A DNA stretch of 47,253 nt from a virus (taxonomy: Duplodnaviria > Caudoviricetes). The notes under the pieces are model-generated. The model was not told the DNA's origin. It saw nothing but the letters and a program-made list of their open reading frames with translations, and did not search any database. The stretch spans positions 1 to 47,253 of IMG/VR virus record IMGVR_UViG_3300012952_000031. The stretch is one strand, 5' to 3'. Of the stretch, positions 39,201 through 43,587 are shown in pieces (position 1 is the stretch's first letter; every line of letters begins with the position of its first letter). A program made the translations under genes and the position numbers.

Positions 39201-40224
39201 TTCCTATGATAACTCGACCATCTCTTTCTGGAAAACCAATAGTAGAGAAGACATCTATACGATCTCCAGGTCCAGCACTGCTAGAAAGTTCATTCATTAA
39301 GAATGTACGTCTTGCTATAGCAAATTCACCCTCTTTAGAACCAGGTGAGATAGTTAATGTGTACTGTAAACTACCTTGATAAGGTTCACCGACTATATTG
39401 TCGATAATTGCATTCGCAGCAGTCAATTCTGGGTTGTATGGATCTGGACTCTGTACTACAGGATTACCAACAACCTTTCTAATGTCACCAGATATAGCTT
39501 CTACAACTAAAAGTTCTTTATTGTTCCATCCAGACTCAGATGCCTTATAAACATTCTCTTTTGGATAGATGATGTCAGGTTTGACACTAAACAGCATCTG
39601 GAAAATAAACTCCAATGACTGTGGTGTACCTTTGACGTTATAAAAGTCCTTTATCCTCTTAACTAAGAGGTTCTTATTCGTTTGATCTCTAAGATAAGGA
39701 TATGGGAAACCACTAGTATACTGTTCTTCGTAATTCTTGATTAAAGCAGCCAATAAAAGGTTACTTAAGTTGTTAACGACAGCATATTGCTTATGTACAG
39801 CAGCTGCAGAGTCAACAAATTTAATATCATTGTATAAATCGCCAAGTTCTGTCTTTGCACTATAACCACGAATACAATTCTTAAATTGAGTCTGGGTTTT
39901 GGACGTATATAAGAAGATTTCCTGATCGATCATTATCATCCCATTACTATTTGGGAATCCATCAGTATTATCTACTGTAATATCAATATTATCAGTACCT
40001 AACGTTATTTCTACTTCTAAACTTGCTGTCTTAACAAGAATCTCAGGTGAGAATGTATCTACATCAAGATATTTCTCAAAATTATTGATTACATCTTGCG
40101 GACCTTCGCTTATGGATAAGGCCTCATAGTACTTCGACAGAAAATTCGTTACGAGGGGATAATCCTCGACAATGAAATCTGGTAACTGACTTTCAATCAG
40201 TGCTGCTAGACTTGGACCTGCCAT
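24238..40224 (-). CDS. gp7: Giant baseplate wedge initiator gp7 with many accessory domains
   Basis: 5328 aa between gp6 and gp8; IESQLPDFI..YP...FL..YYE N-terminus, IKDFYNVKGT..SLEFIF, QDGVYYQDYSYVVKS...W...V....HPAGF.LFGE. Confidence 0.88.
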   Translation of the reverse strand: MAGPSLAALIESQLPDFIVEDYPLVTNFLSKYYEALSISEGPQDVINNFEKYLDVDTFSPEILVKTASLEVEITLGTDNIDITVDNTDGFPNSNGMIMIDQEIFLYTSKTQTQFKNCIRGYSAKTELGDLYNDIKFVDSAAAVHKQYAVVNNLSNLLLAALIKNYEEQYTSGFPYPYLRDQTNKNLLVKRIKDFYNVKGTPQSLEFIFQMLFSVKPDIIYPKENVYKASESGWNNKELLVVEAISGDIRKVVGNPVVQSPDPYNPELTAANAIIDNIVGEPYQGSLQYTLTISPGSKEGEFAIARRTFLMNELSSSAGPGDRIDVFSTIGFPERDGRVIIGIEEITYSSKTATQFIIKERDAVNSQNKQEYTHKKLVRAFTKNNLVGHWNENGVSGEVHLRIYGLVSGLKSKGIEPEASSGLEYDETADNYFDVASGGIPYVNFNNMVEFRSSGFSDDLPLSNEWIINENFSKLIGSDPSNVGTNNIKDKLLSDVSAIYRDAENYYIASSGFPSYAIGPFDNIQTPQDQEYLKILPRKPIEASSKNITTSKEVGVLVNGVPILNHKSERGLDYGSVQKITITDPGRNYSVPPTVNIEGGATATAEINGLGEITAVNVTHSGSGYTSAPDVTFTSGSGGLFTVLIQQGEIANIYLSVNSQAQIIDAGSDYTEPPDVFIYDSSGKGGGALFTCQIDVTTGKITGFTKQSGGFDYVDSSTTVTLVPRSRMASATAVLTRWEYNRYLEMSVDNGNASGIVEDSNDPNYGYAYGHIIAPSSLKVQRIDNVDGQGNPLSNKSHSPILGWAYDGNPIYGSFGYENAYQDVTAANPTIKRMGSSWKLKTSRISDAPSTTTYSLGRFTNDYEFEERLGDLDANNGRFCTTPEFPNGVYAYFMTTDDTEAPTFPYTIGEAFYNVPIEENWKPKSRQAFLPNGVRRRTVSANDKTGELLTSRVSGIEYGPITNVEVHQSSFNFTNEDVLYVDNSINDNGDGLFAAVDQIQGQEVASLSCNTPKNVYLTCNDNVYLNHNTVLTQDNSGATGTVIGKIEEDNKFVVKNVTGTFNKFDPIGSTTEIYNITFDDTVVADVGSLIVYAVNDGGVSHEAAIGKVLRNVFDKNTVIVELQNANPDLLTTVVDGNTVTIPSTSYNKLGFFANGNGCAIGEDSATIVNVRSLSKEFTLLDVEDNIAVLKTATKRHGLAVGDDVIVTVQPDSSISTQKYYVETKKYNTLKLNAPTKVTDINGSGVARLTVVNAGSGFTPSTTFAGLSLNNVSGTGQGATITLTTNAGGHVESFIIANKGDGYGYGNILTIQSSLLGGNVNSQDCSFFVDAAGCAKSDAVILTTSASGFSAGDIVQITDEFCEVVSVSGNEITVGRGVNGSEAEDHIEGVSVTLVSNVYRFTKDASISFGGNTAFVDSYNSETQDLTVYYQNEGDTVITTSSAFLDGSTPAKQVSIASAPDTSLKFRFRKDGETEWNKNITLDIQRTYRYLFDTSDTSLLNRNLKFYENVYKTTDLIQSFESETKPGATGSFTTFQLGYGIPIDGSTWNSTPVLDIPPKIYYGEVADKVDSENQFFTLVEDPFAGKHPVFYGYEMEFAYRLTTTPQNEGFTNVQYYTDSLYAVGAIKRVKVISGGKNYTMPPLVPGVFLNKRFRGAFTPNIIDGRIVSVTVTDTGLNYSKPVVLLENIGNGANAKFNVELRSDGSVGRIIPTVEGIDYADTTTLRLYESDVKLFAHGDDIGKLATLEIISSGKDFNNDPTLTPQVNPPIVMTLNNMPDKAFLNGELITQRNLGGDVIASGRVDYWVDGINILRLKGIYGNFDSRYQIYGETLRSYASIQKIFVADIVPEIGPTSTSVGSYSSDRSKLSAVSQKVQDGVYYQDYSYVVKSTISINDWRDFVKRFTHPAGFNLFGEVLIESEGDGTQPKTIDTPQSGIKDNGFGAVLSIIEPGVLGVTCSHKSRKITQSHVRVDSMSKQRGKGTINYSEQNNVEIEVFDLDLSPEFDGAIQSNGVITGTTQFTLFKKDINEVLSPYNARQLIVTLDGVLQDPDTAYTISGSTITFASPPLGPYIDDRTGIAVPGVTFYGKSMKFQDDTNNAEWMLEATNITSQFDGTTKEFDLGITITENDHLYVSLDGVIQEPDVAFTLTPGGIGTSKITFSEAPRQVGKIVELDIGDATNWLVNDFVVGQTSGARGEIVAKRYFRGNKYLDAANIIKDNASVLAEESVGILDDTSKFKPEYFQYPGLGRNQCIVDLKSVLRAMANDLIQGGNSNTFDAAKEYLLDPSDPNSDIKHIEGEVEATLWAMKYLKDMTILAVRNKFGIDNLYDYQRAATSNFSLTPSNAVYTPANGTFVLTIPNHELTTEDFITIADNALKFSCTMGTGDKTYPRQGDPAYRSTLAITNVTGDDVTVNVGATTNITHTPTDGSYDPVTGLLELTIGSHNLKPNTAVKIAPNSLSFSCEMDDQATVKTYPRTTDPYFDTAVNIVSTGSTFHTATGAVYSGTTGIMTVTVPDHGFENGDKVKIADGGITFSCTYGGGTHNYTGGTATNAITVTGGSQMDVTNAQYTPSTGDLILTIGAGHNLTLVDTITIAAGSLTFQCDLDNFGSDHSYPRSTDPVYNKAIGIKAVGSTTITVDVGVSSPGSAYPRPTDAISGKFMPISNVQTNTFDISVLDTIPSTNTDAHTYVSSVPNAIELEKGKITLQVGSSPLVNHNVSDAQYDPQTGDMVLTIGTHSLNTNESIKLRDASITFSCTEGSGTYSYPRTATVPLTATTGTTYNPTTGIMSVTTTGDHGLVDGDWIKFADGSLSLSCDYGTTNHTYVGGTSIDALSSGGTNYNVIGANYNSSNGEMVLTIGTHTLSTSDTVLIAANAIAFTCDADSNATTHTYPRIGDPAYNTAIAIDAVDQGAGTITVNVGAASGGQTKTYPRETDYPHDRWLKVSNTQADTTVFEVTVLDAIPSTNTNTHVFVSAVADGISKKKDPFHDTAINIKASDQGAGTITINVLNTAPSTNVTPHTYLGSLPGAVISGGGYTHRFISAANDAIISGGNYTHTFVETTQNSIGVYADPYNIDNPVANTFIDAAKLISDNKIFVAEEAVARMATGTLQTVSDATYTPATGILELNIGAHSYTTGQFVRIPDNSLIFSCTMGSGNKTYPRSSDPISGETVQIKSVDQSGGTFTIDVGASPIVNYDVSNATYNPTSGDMVLTIGSHNLSTGTSIKLATDSLTFECPAAVGTHIYSGGTVTNAVTIAGTQEDITDADYDPTTGILELTIGGHSYTTSDTITIGAGKVTFTCDADNHATDHPYPRTTDPAYNQAIAITAVTGTTVSCNVGIASATSQSTYPRATGAGTSSGADYAYDTPLEITSATGTTITLNVNGGQGAISVNSAHTFISATAGALISGGNYTHTFQGSSAPIEVGVGTIADPYYDDAAYIKYEGTPLTATNAAYAPDTGIVTLTVPTLQFTPSDAAYSPASGDMQITLGAGHNLTTYDSIKITANSLSFSCEYNGVTQTKTYPRAVGANTTSGADYAYDVFLPILKVDDTSVTVNVNGGQGVISHNVPHTFQGAGPLCITSQGHGLTSGDKIKIADGSLTFTCAEDGNLTRHPYPRATDPISDKWISVSNVTPDTFDIQCLETLPSTNETVHTFVSALVNGIVKQDGVIVTNVGKSSNTTPHLFSPQVGQTPTNATYTPSTGIMEVTITSHGFDNGDYVQFADGAVIFRCDENGQADDHAYPRAITDSFTAGNGTLYDGSTGVLTVDVGVTHNLSDGDWIRFKDGALTFTCTEDTNQTQHSYPRYTDYPSNKWLEISNASGQTFDVTVLDIIPSTNTTAHSFVANQAMTDGIEHKKDPASGSWLKVMNKTSDTFQVQVNTTVPSSNVTTHVYQGSLPNSVKRAVILTGGDYQHTFDRALTNSITANTGAKFTPTNATFAPDTGILVLTIGGHSLTTSNTITIDPNALVMRCQMDANETPHSYPRPTDPAYGRTLSLQSVDAGAGTITLFVGKSLPLAYEPTVGRYDPITGDLIMDIGEHRLSRGTGFKFFRDALSLTCSMDNHETVHTYPRASSHDALGDCVDDVKDILKAIVWNLKYGGNNRVWDAADLFIDRSGYLEHIQHQIPEVLNVMGHLKTILANVIRSNTVNAVGSHGLTQVKDPSITKESNECAAVESAVNTFVTLIEDAVQSPTTFEANVARTIPERWPIVHSTLTANRDLTITVDSLPQCAQVESAINTLFSIVTTTIKETAFNNNNYLMTITQDFPNPNKIQVEMTEKEFLAGEDVQSEATLTTVTSTSTDVIAPGIQQLFFGYKHGKYYKLDSIEPQFNSAQTIFELERSGVPFYAERNQNIVIILNGVIQQNKVAYRIEDNYVIFNEPPSTGSACFILYYFGLDPERILLGYNIEPPGTFKKFFKLTLDTQVIIPVEGADCWVSTDASSNAHTYEYSYARGRIYKQNWEPGSRNLIFVEGVTAQKVNWEGGTISITRDRGASASLLDANVTAVEELVNVDLRERLFNRQDRLESNLKPGDLIQIDGEADTRSIIRAAREALVTSGYDSDTTVGSFFRSYEYEVVVNVGPYSGQIEGDGGQAVARIDAELRYHTLVSSRQLNQEYLPGDILVQYADQNNTSSAIVWQATVKNYVPARKTVELYSNYLDGNPYTDPVEANFRPGEKIYIDGTVGTESIGLQYLKPGGVNSLVVSKRDNSTYFDNQFNWRNDNVLNKGEDRLGGAFIPANASANNISQEYGYTSSIYSDDLEDQISKNYREPPVLVFRSASLLDENGVAIGSPTGGGARANAIVTRGEVSDIEIISSGSGYKVPPQVLFTRGYFVIRKDPINIKNLTTFGINRQIDLRCGLRSYIDTIFKGGSAPQWRSMLPLGTTLVFGNAGSPSYLINRTSDPRVIIRKILPLSDITTKRQPQILFELGPADLKCDHKGTKVTQTQCTGGVQGVSVALSKYKKTETKISAQSGCLERQAGNLGDSLIGKDTFSPGLLGPHLEYLESFKFEIQPQSTTNNTGSYVDGKGNTINYVMGDMTIGFFSDFYPTLAVGDFENAEIAGSKVVAPGDTNDFNFMQGSKIHFGTTLKYPALDNPNGTDTLLVTSTAGFPASGGSLIIGSASDQDKREKITYTQAFADRFVGCTRVNPIGVVEKGFSAYDFGTTNVGASVVAGGTGTGTGGFASNINYLLFSGASGARSATFAPTDLTTYNTVTFSAIRGNGSNGGNTPSAGINDLMLSYSIDGGTTFNDIGSVATYSDSTFDDWRTVTHNISATAQTATTIIRISMDDSTNMTSDQYGVRLMWFNDANTDSYVAGDYIITADLDL
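28000..33230 (-). repeat. About 16 ~100-aa YPR repeats within gp7
   Basis: Consensus AxYxPxTGxLxLTIGxHxL...IxIAxxSLxFxC...HxYPRxxDP; 7 YPR motifs counted in 31035-33230 and 9 in 28000-30900. Confidence 0.9.
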
Positions 40225-40227
40225 TTA

Positions 40228-42042
40228 TCAGATTAGTGCTTCTTGGGTGATCAGGAATACGCTAGACTGCAAATCTAAACTTAGATATGCTTCACGATAA
40301 GCGTATATGTCTTTGTTTAAAGGAGTAACACGAAGTTCGATCCTTTCATCATCATAACTTCCTTTGATTATATTTAACCGATTCAACATTACCTCTCCTT
40401 TTTCATAATCTATTGTTCCTTGCTGTGAATTAAGGATAAATCGGTTTTGAGTGGTAGAATCTATTTTATAAAGGTAAACATTACCTTTTTGATCATCGGC
40501 CAAATAAACAACATCAGCAGGATAGTCTGCAACAACAAATCCACTACTTTGAACAGCAGGTGTTGTACACCCACTCTTCACTACATTTTGATAGCAAACC
40601 TCATATTGAGTAATTGTATTCAATACTGGTGTAAAATCCTTCCTTAATTTGATACTAGTCTCATTGGAAGTGATTGCATCATCAGTAGCATCAACTATAC
40701 CAACAATACGACTGTATTTAAACCTACCATTAAATTTTTCTAAATCCGATGTAGATCTATACTTGGTAAGTGAAGATACAACTGCTGCTTTCAACTCTGA
40801 CTCATTTAAAGTTGTCTTAGACTTGTTGTAGTATACGTTTGACTGTAATTCAACGTATGTAATAGAAGGATCAATAATTTCAGGTGTAACTGAAACTACA
40901 GCATACTTTTTAAGATCAGTAGAAATTAAATTTTTAGTATACTGTGATAATTTAGCAGAGTAAGACGGTTTTATTACGATTTTGACTTTACCGTATTCTG
41001 GTGGGCTAGCGTCTTCTCCACCATAACAAACGATGTCAGCAATTGCAGGGAAAATACGACGGATAATGGATTCGTAGTCGTCTGCTGTAACTGCTCTATT
41101 TTGTGCGTTAAAAAACTTCGGAGCATTTCTTTTGACAGAATCAATTGACTCAAGAGTTTCTCCTCCAGATGCTGCTGTAGTGGTTACTAATGAAACTGTT
41201 GGTGCATAATCACTAGCACCAGTGCTATCTTCTAATACAGCACCGTATGAGAAGACTTTAGCATTATTTGCAGCATCACCATTAGTTGTGATATATGATA
41301 CTTCAATATAATTGTTTGTGTCTAATTTTGCACCTAAGATGCCATCACCAAAGATAATCTCGTAACGTTCATCTTCACCTTCTTGTAAGAAGTATACTTG
41401 TGATGTACCGTCATATCCAATAATATTATCTGCTAGGCGGTACTCAACCACACTAGTACTACTAAATGTTGGTCTAATAGTAACTTTGAGAGAACTTGTA
41501 TCGATTCCTGGATTCTGAAGGATAAACCTTTGGGGAACCCCTGCATTGAATGTAAAAGTTTCGAGAACATAATTTCCTTCCTTTATTTCTACACCACTAA
41601 AGTTAGCAATACTCTGAGTATTCAATCCAACAACATAATCTTTAGCAGTAATGAAAGAGTATGTGGTACCATTGATTCTAGTAAGAAATTGTGATCCTCT
41701 AGGAAGTTTAACAATCTCTGGAATATTTTGCTGAGTACTAAAATCAGCAGCAATATCTAAAACAGCTGTTGGAGACACAGATGACTTGGGAAGATACCCT
41801 ATTTGCTTGGCCAGAGACACCACATTGTCCCTGAGGGTCGCTGATTCGAGGAACGCCTCATTTACTACCATATTAGCGTTAAACGCCGTGTAATACGTGT
41901 TATACGCTAATACATCTAATATGGTAGAAAGAGTCGAACCTTCAAAATCGTAATCAGTGAAATCACTATTACTACGCAGGTATTCCTTCAGAGAGGATTT
42001 AATCTCTGTAAAGTCTAAATTGGCAACTTGAACGTAAGACAT
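40228..42042 (-). CDS. gp6: Baseplate wedge subunit gp6
   Basis: 604 aa; LDF..IK..L..YL....FTDYDFEGS.LS..LD.LAYNTYY, AQNRAVTADDY, PPEYGKV. Confidence 0.95.
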   Translation of the reverse strand: MSYVQVANLDFTEIKSSLKEYLRSNSDFTDYDFEGSTLSTILDVLAYNTYYTAFNANMVVNEAFLESATLRDNVVSLAKQIGYLPKSSVSPTAVLDIAADFSTQQNIPEIVKLPRGSQFLTRINGTTYSFITAKDYVVGLNTQSIANFSGVEIKEGNYVLETFTFNAGVPQRFILQNPGIDTSSLKVTIRPTFSSTSVVEYRLADNIIGYDGTSQVYFLQEGEDERYEIIFGDGILGAKLDTNNYIEVSYITTNGDAANNAKVFSYGAVLEDSTGASDYAPTVSLVTTTAASGGETLESIDSVKRNAPKFFNAQNRAVTADDYESIIRRIFPAIADIVCYGGEDASPPEYGKVKIVIKPSYSAKLSQYTKNLISTDLKKYAVVSVTPEIIDPSITYVELQSNVYYNKSKTTLNESELKAAVVSSLTKYRSTSDLEKFNGRFKYSRIVGIVDATDDAITSNETSIKLRKDFTPVLNTITQYEVCYQNVVKSGCTTPAVQSSGFVVADYPADVVYLADDQKGNVYLYKIDSTTQNRFILNSQQGTIDYEKGEVMLNRLNIIKGSYDDERIELRVTPLNKDIYAYREAYLSLDLQSSVFLITQEALI

Positions 42043-42441
42043 TTATCGGGTTCTTTCTAGAAAGAATTCTACATCACGAACTTGGACATCAGTAGGTATA
42101 CCAATAATCTCAAACGAAATAGAGCATTCAAAACCGTTACCATCATAATCAGCATCTACATCACAACGAAGTAGATTGATTCTTGGTTCGTATTTGTTTA
42201 TTACATATTCAATCTCTTCCTTTAAAAGAGATGCAGTCGCAGCATCAAGAGGTTCAAATAACAAATCTGCAACATTACTACCTAGATCAGGCTTGAAGAA
42301 TCTTTCTCCCTTCCTGGTCATCACAATATTATATAACGCTCTTTTAACCGCATCTTCATCGGTGGTTATAAGAACGTCTTCTGTAACTGGGTTCATACCC
42401 ATCGAAATGGATAGATCCTTGAAGTCTACCTTTGTAGGCAT
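42043..42441 (-). CDS. gp25: Baseplate wedge subunit gp25
   Basis: 132 aa; FKDLS...NPVT.D, AVKR...NIV.T.KGERFF.P.LGS, YEPRI, FFLERTR. Confidence 0.95.
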   Translation of the reverse strand: MPTKVDFKDLSISMGMNPVTEDVLITTDEDAVKRALYNIVMTRKGERFFKPDLGSNVADLLFEPLDAATASLLKEEIEYVINKYEPRINLLRCDVDADYDGNGFECSISFEIIGIPTDVQVRDVEFFLERTR

Positions 42442-42465
42442 CTACAAAATTACTAGTTCGTCACT

Positions 42466-42768
42466 TTATTTAGCGACTTCGTAAAAGGTATACTTCAAAA
42501 ACAACTCTTCTCCCTTTTTAATGGGTCTAATAGTACGCATATGATATATCTTACCCCATTCTTCTTCTTCAAATACTTTAACGCAATTAGGAGTTTCACT
42601 GTGGTTAACAAACCCACCTAAAGGGGTTCTCATAATATCTTCATCAACCACAACGTGTGATATACCCAGATAAACATCATCGGGTATATCCTCCGTAGCA
42701 AATAGTCCCTGTCCAGCGACAGGGCTATCTTTTACGTGTATACATTTGGGTAATGCTTGGTATGTCAC
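42466..42768 (-). CDS. Minimal SET-domain protein-lysine methyltransferase
   Basis: 100 aa; SPVAGQGLFATEDI (motif I), GFVNHSETPNC (NHSxxPN), IKKGEELFLKY (ELxxxY); GTG start overlapping the upstream TGA. Confidence 0.88.
   Translation of the reverse strand: MTYQALPKCIHVKDSPVAGQGLFATEDIPDDVYLGISHVVVDEDIMRTPLGGFVNHSETPNCVKVFEEEEWGKIYHMRTIRPIKKGEELFLKYTFYEVAK
42467..42473 (-). promoter_or_regulatory. Late promoter variant CTAAATA upstream of gp25
   Basis: TATTTAG on +, overlapping the end of the SET ORF. Confidence 0.6.
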
Positions 42769-42902
42769 CTAAATTCCCCAATTTTACAAAGTTTAGCATC
42801 AACAGATTCAGGAGTAGCCTGAACTCTATACACCACATTATCTCTTTTGGAGAGTATTGTCAAGAGTTCTGCTACCTTGTTCCACATATTGCTGTAGTTC
42901 AT
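42765..42902 (-). CDS. Hypothetical 45-aa protein
   Basis: Manual translation MNYSNMWNKVAELLTILSKRDNVVYRVQATPESVDAKLCKIGEFR; 4-nt start/stop overlaps at both ends. Confidence 0.65.
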   Translation of the reverse strand: MNYSNMWNKVAELLTILSKRDNVVYRVQATPESVDAKLCKIGEFR

Positions 42903-43039
42903 CTCTTCCCTTGACCTCTGTACGGTTTACGTGCCTTATTACGTGAAGTAGCAGAATACTTAGTGTGAGCACCAGAGCCTTGACTGGTCTTTTTAGGGGT
43001 CGGTTCAATTTTGTCCTGTGTTTTAGAATAAAGTGCCAT
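42899..43039 (-). CDS. Small basic 46-aa protein
   Basis: Manual translation MALYSKTQDKIEPTPKKTSQGSGAHTKYSATSRNKARKPYRGQGKR; TAATG overlap with the PAAR gene; I recognise the YRGQG ending from cyanophage small ORFs near gp25. Confidence 0.8.
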   Translation of the reverse strand: MALYSKTQDKIEPTPKKTSQGSGAHTKYSATSRNKARKPYRGQGKR

Positions 43040-43587
43040 TAGTTAGAGCAATCAGTTACAGAGTTGTCACCAGGTGATTGAGATCCTGAACCACCACTTC
43101 CTCCAATAGAAGGAATTTTTAAGATGGGGAAAGATCCCAGTCCACCCATTGTAGCAGCAATATCCTTTAATTTCTCGGATGAGCTACCACCTTTACATAA
43201 TATCACAGTAGGGGCACCTACCGCAACCTTTGATCCGCAAGAGATTGCCGTACCTATCTTAGCAGGAGGAAGTCCAGTTGCACAAATCTTAGGTCCAATC
43301 TTCGCCATTACAGCATCTGTTTCCTTATCGCCTGATTTGGGCACCTTTGCAGGTACAGATGGAGACCCTACTCCGCAATCAACAGTAGCACAACCAACTC
43401 CAACAGTGCCTGGATGGCACGCAGGGTTCTTTCCACACGGTTTACAGTGTGTAAGACGCACTTGTGTACTCACAAGAGGTGGAATTTTAGTTACTAGGAC
43501 ACTTGTAACGGGTGAAGGGGCATATCCAGCTGGTGGCCAGCATCCGTGACCCGTACAAACACCTGTAGATAGTCCAAAAGCAGACAT
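43039..43587 (-). CDS. PAAR-like spike tip protein (gp5.4-like) with extensions
   Basis: 182 aa; CTGHGCWPP, H...H, AKIG..ISCGS.VA.G...V; His/Cys metal ligands; located upstream of gp25. Confidence 0.78.
   Translation of the reverse strand: MSAFGLSTGVCTGHGCWPPAGYAPSPVTSVLVTKIPPLVSTQVRLTHCKPCGKNPACHPGTVGVGCATVDCGVGSPSVPAKVPKSGDKETDAVMAKIGPKICATGLPPAKIGTAISCGSKVAVGAPTVILCKGGSSSEKLKDIAATMGGLGSFPILKIPSIGGSGGSGSQSPGDNSVTDCSN

Noticed and set aside
24238-40224. Intein or intron explaining gp7 size
   Set aside because: The frame is uninterrupted, and I saw no intein splice motifs or LAGLIDADG/HNH domain; repeats account for the length.
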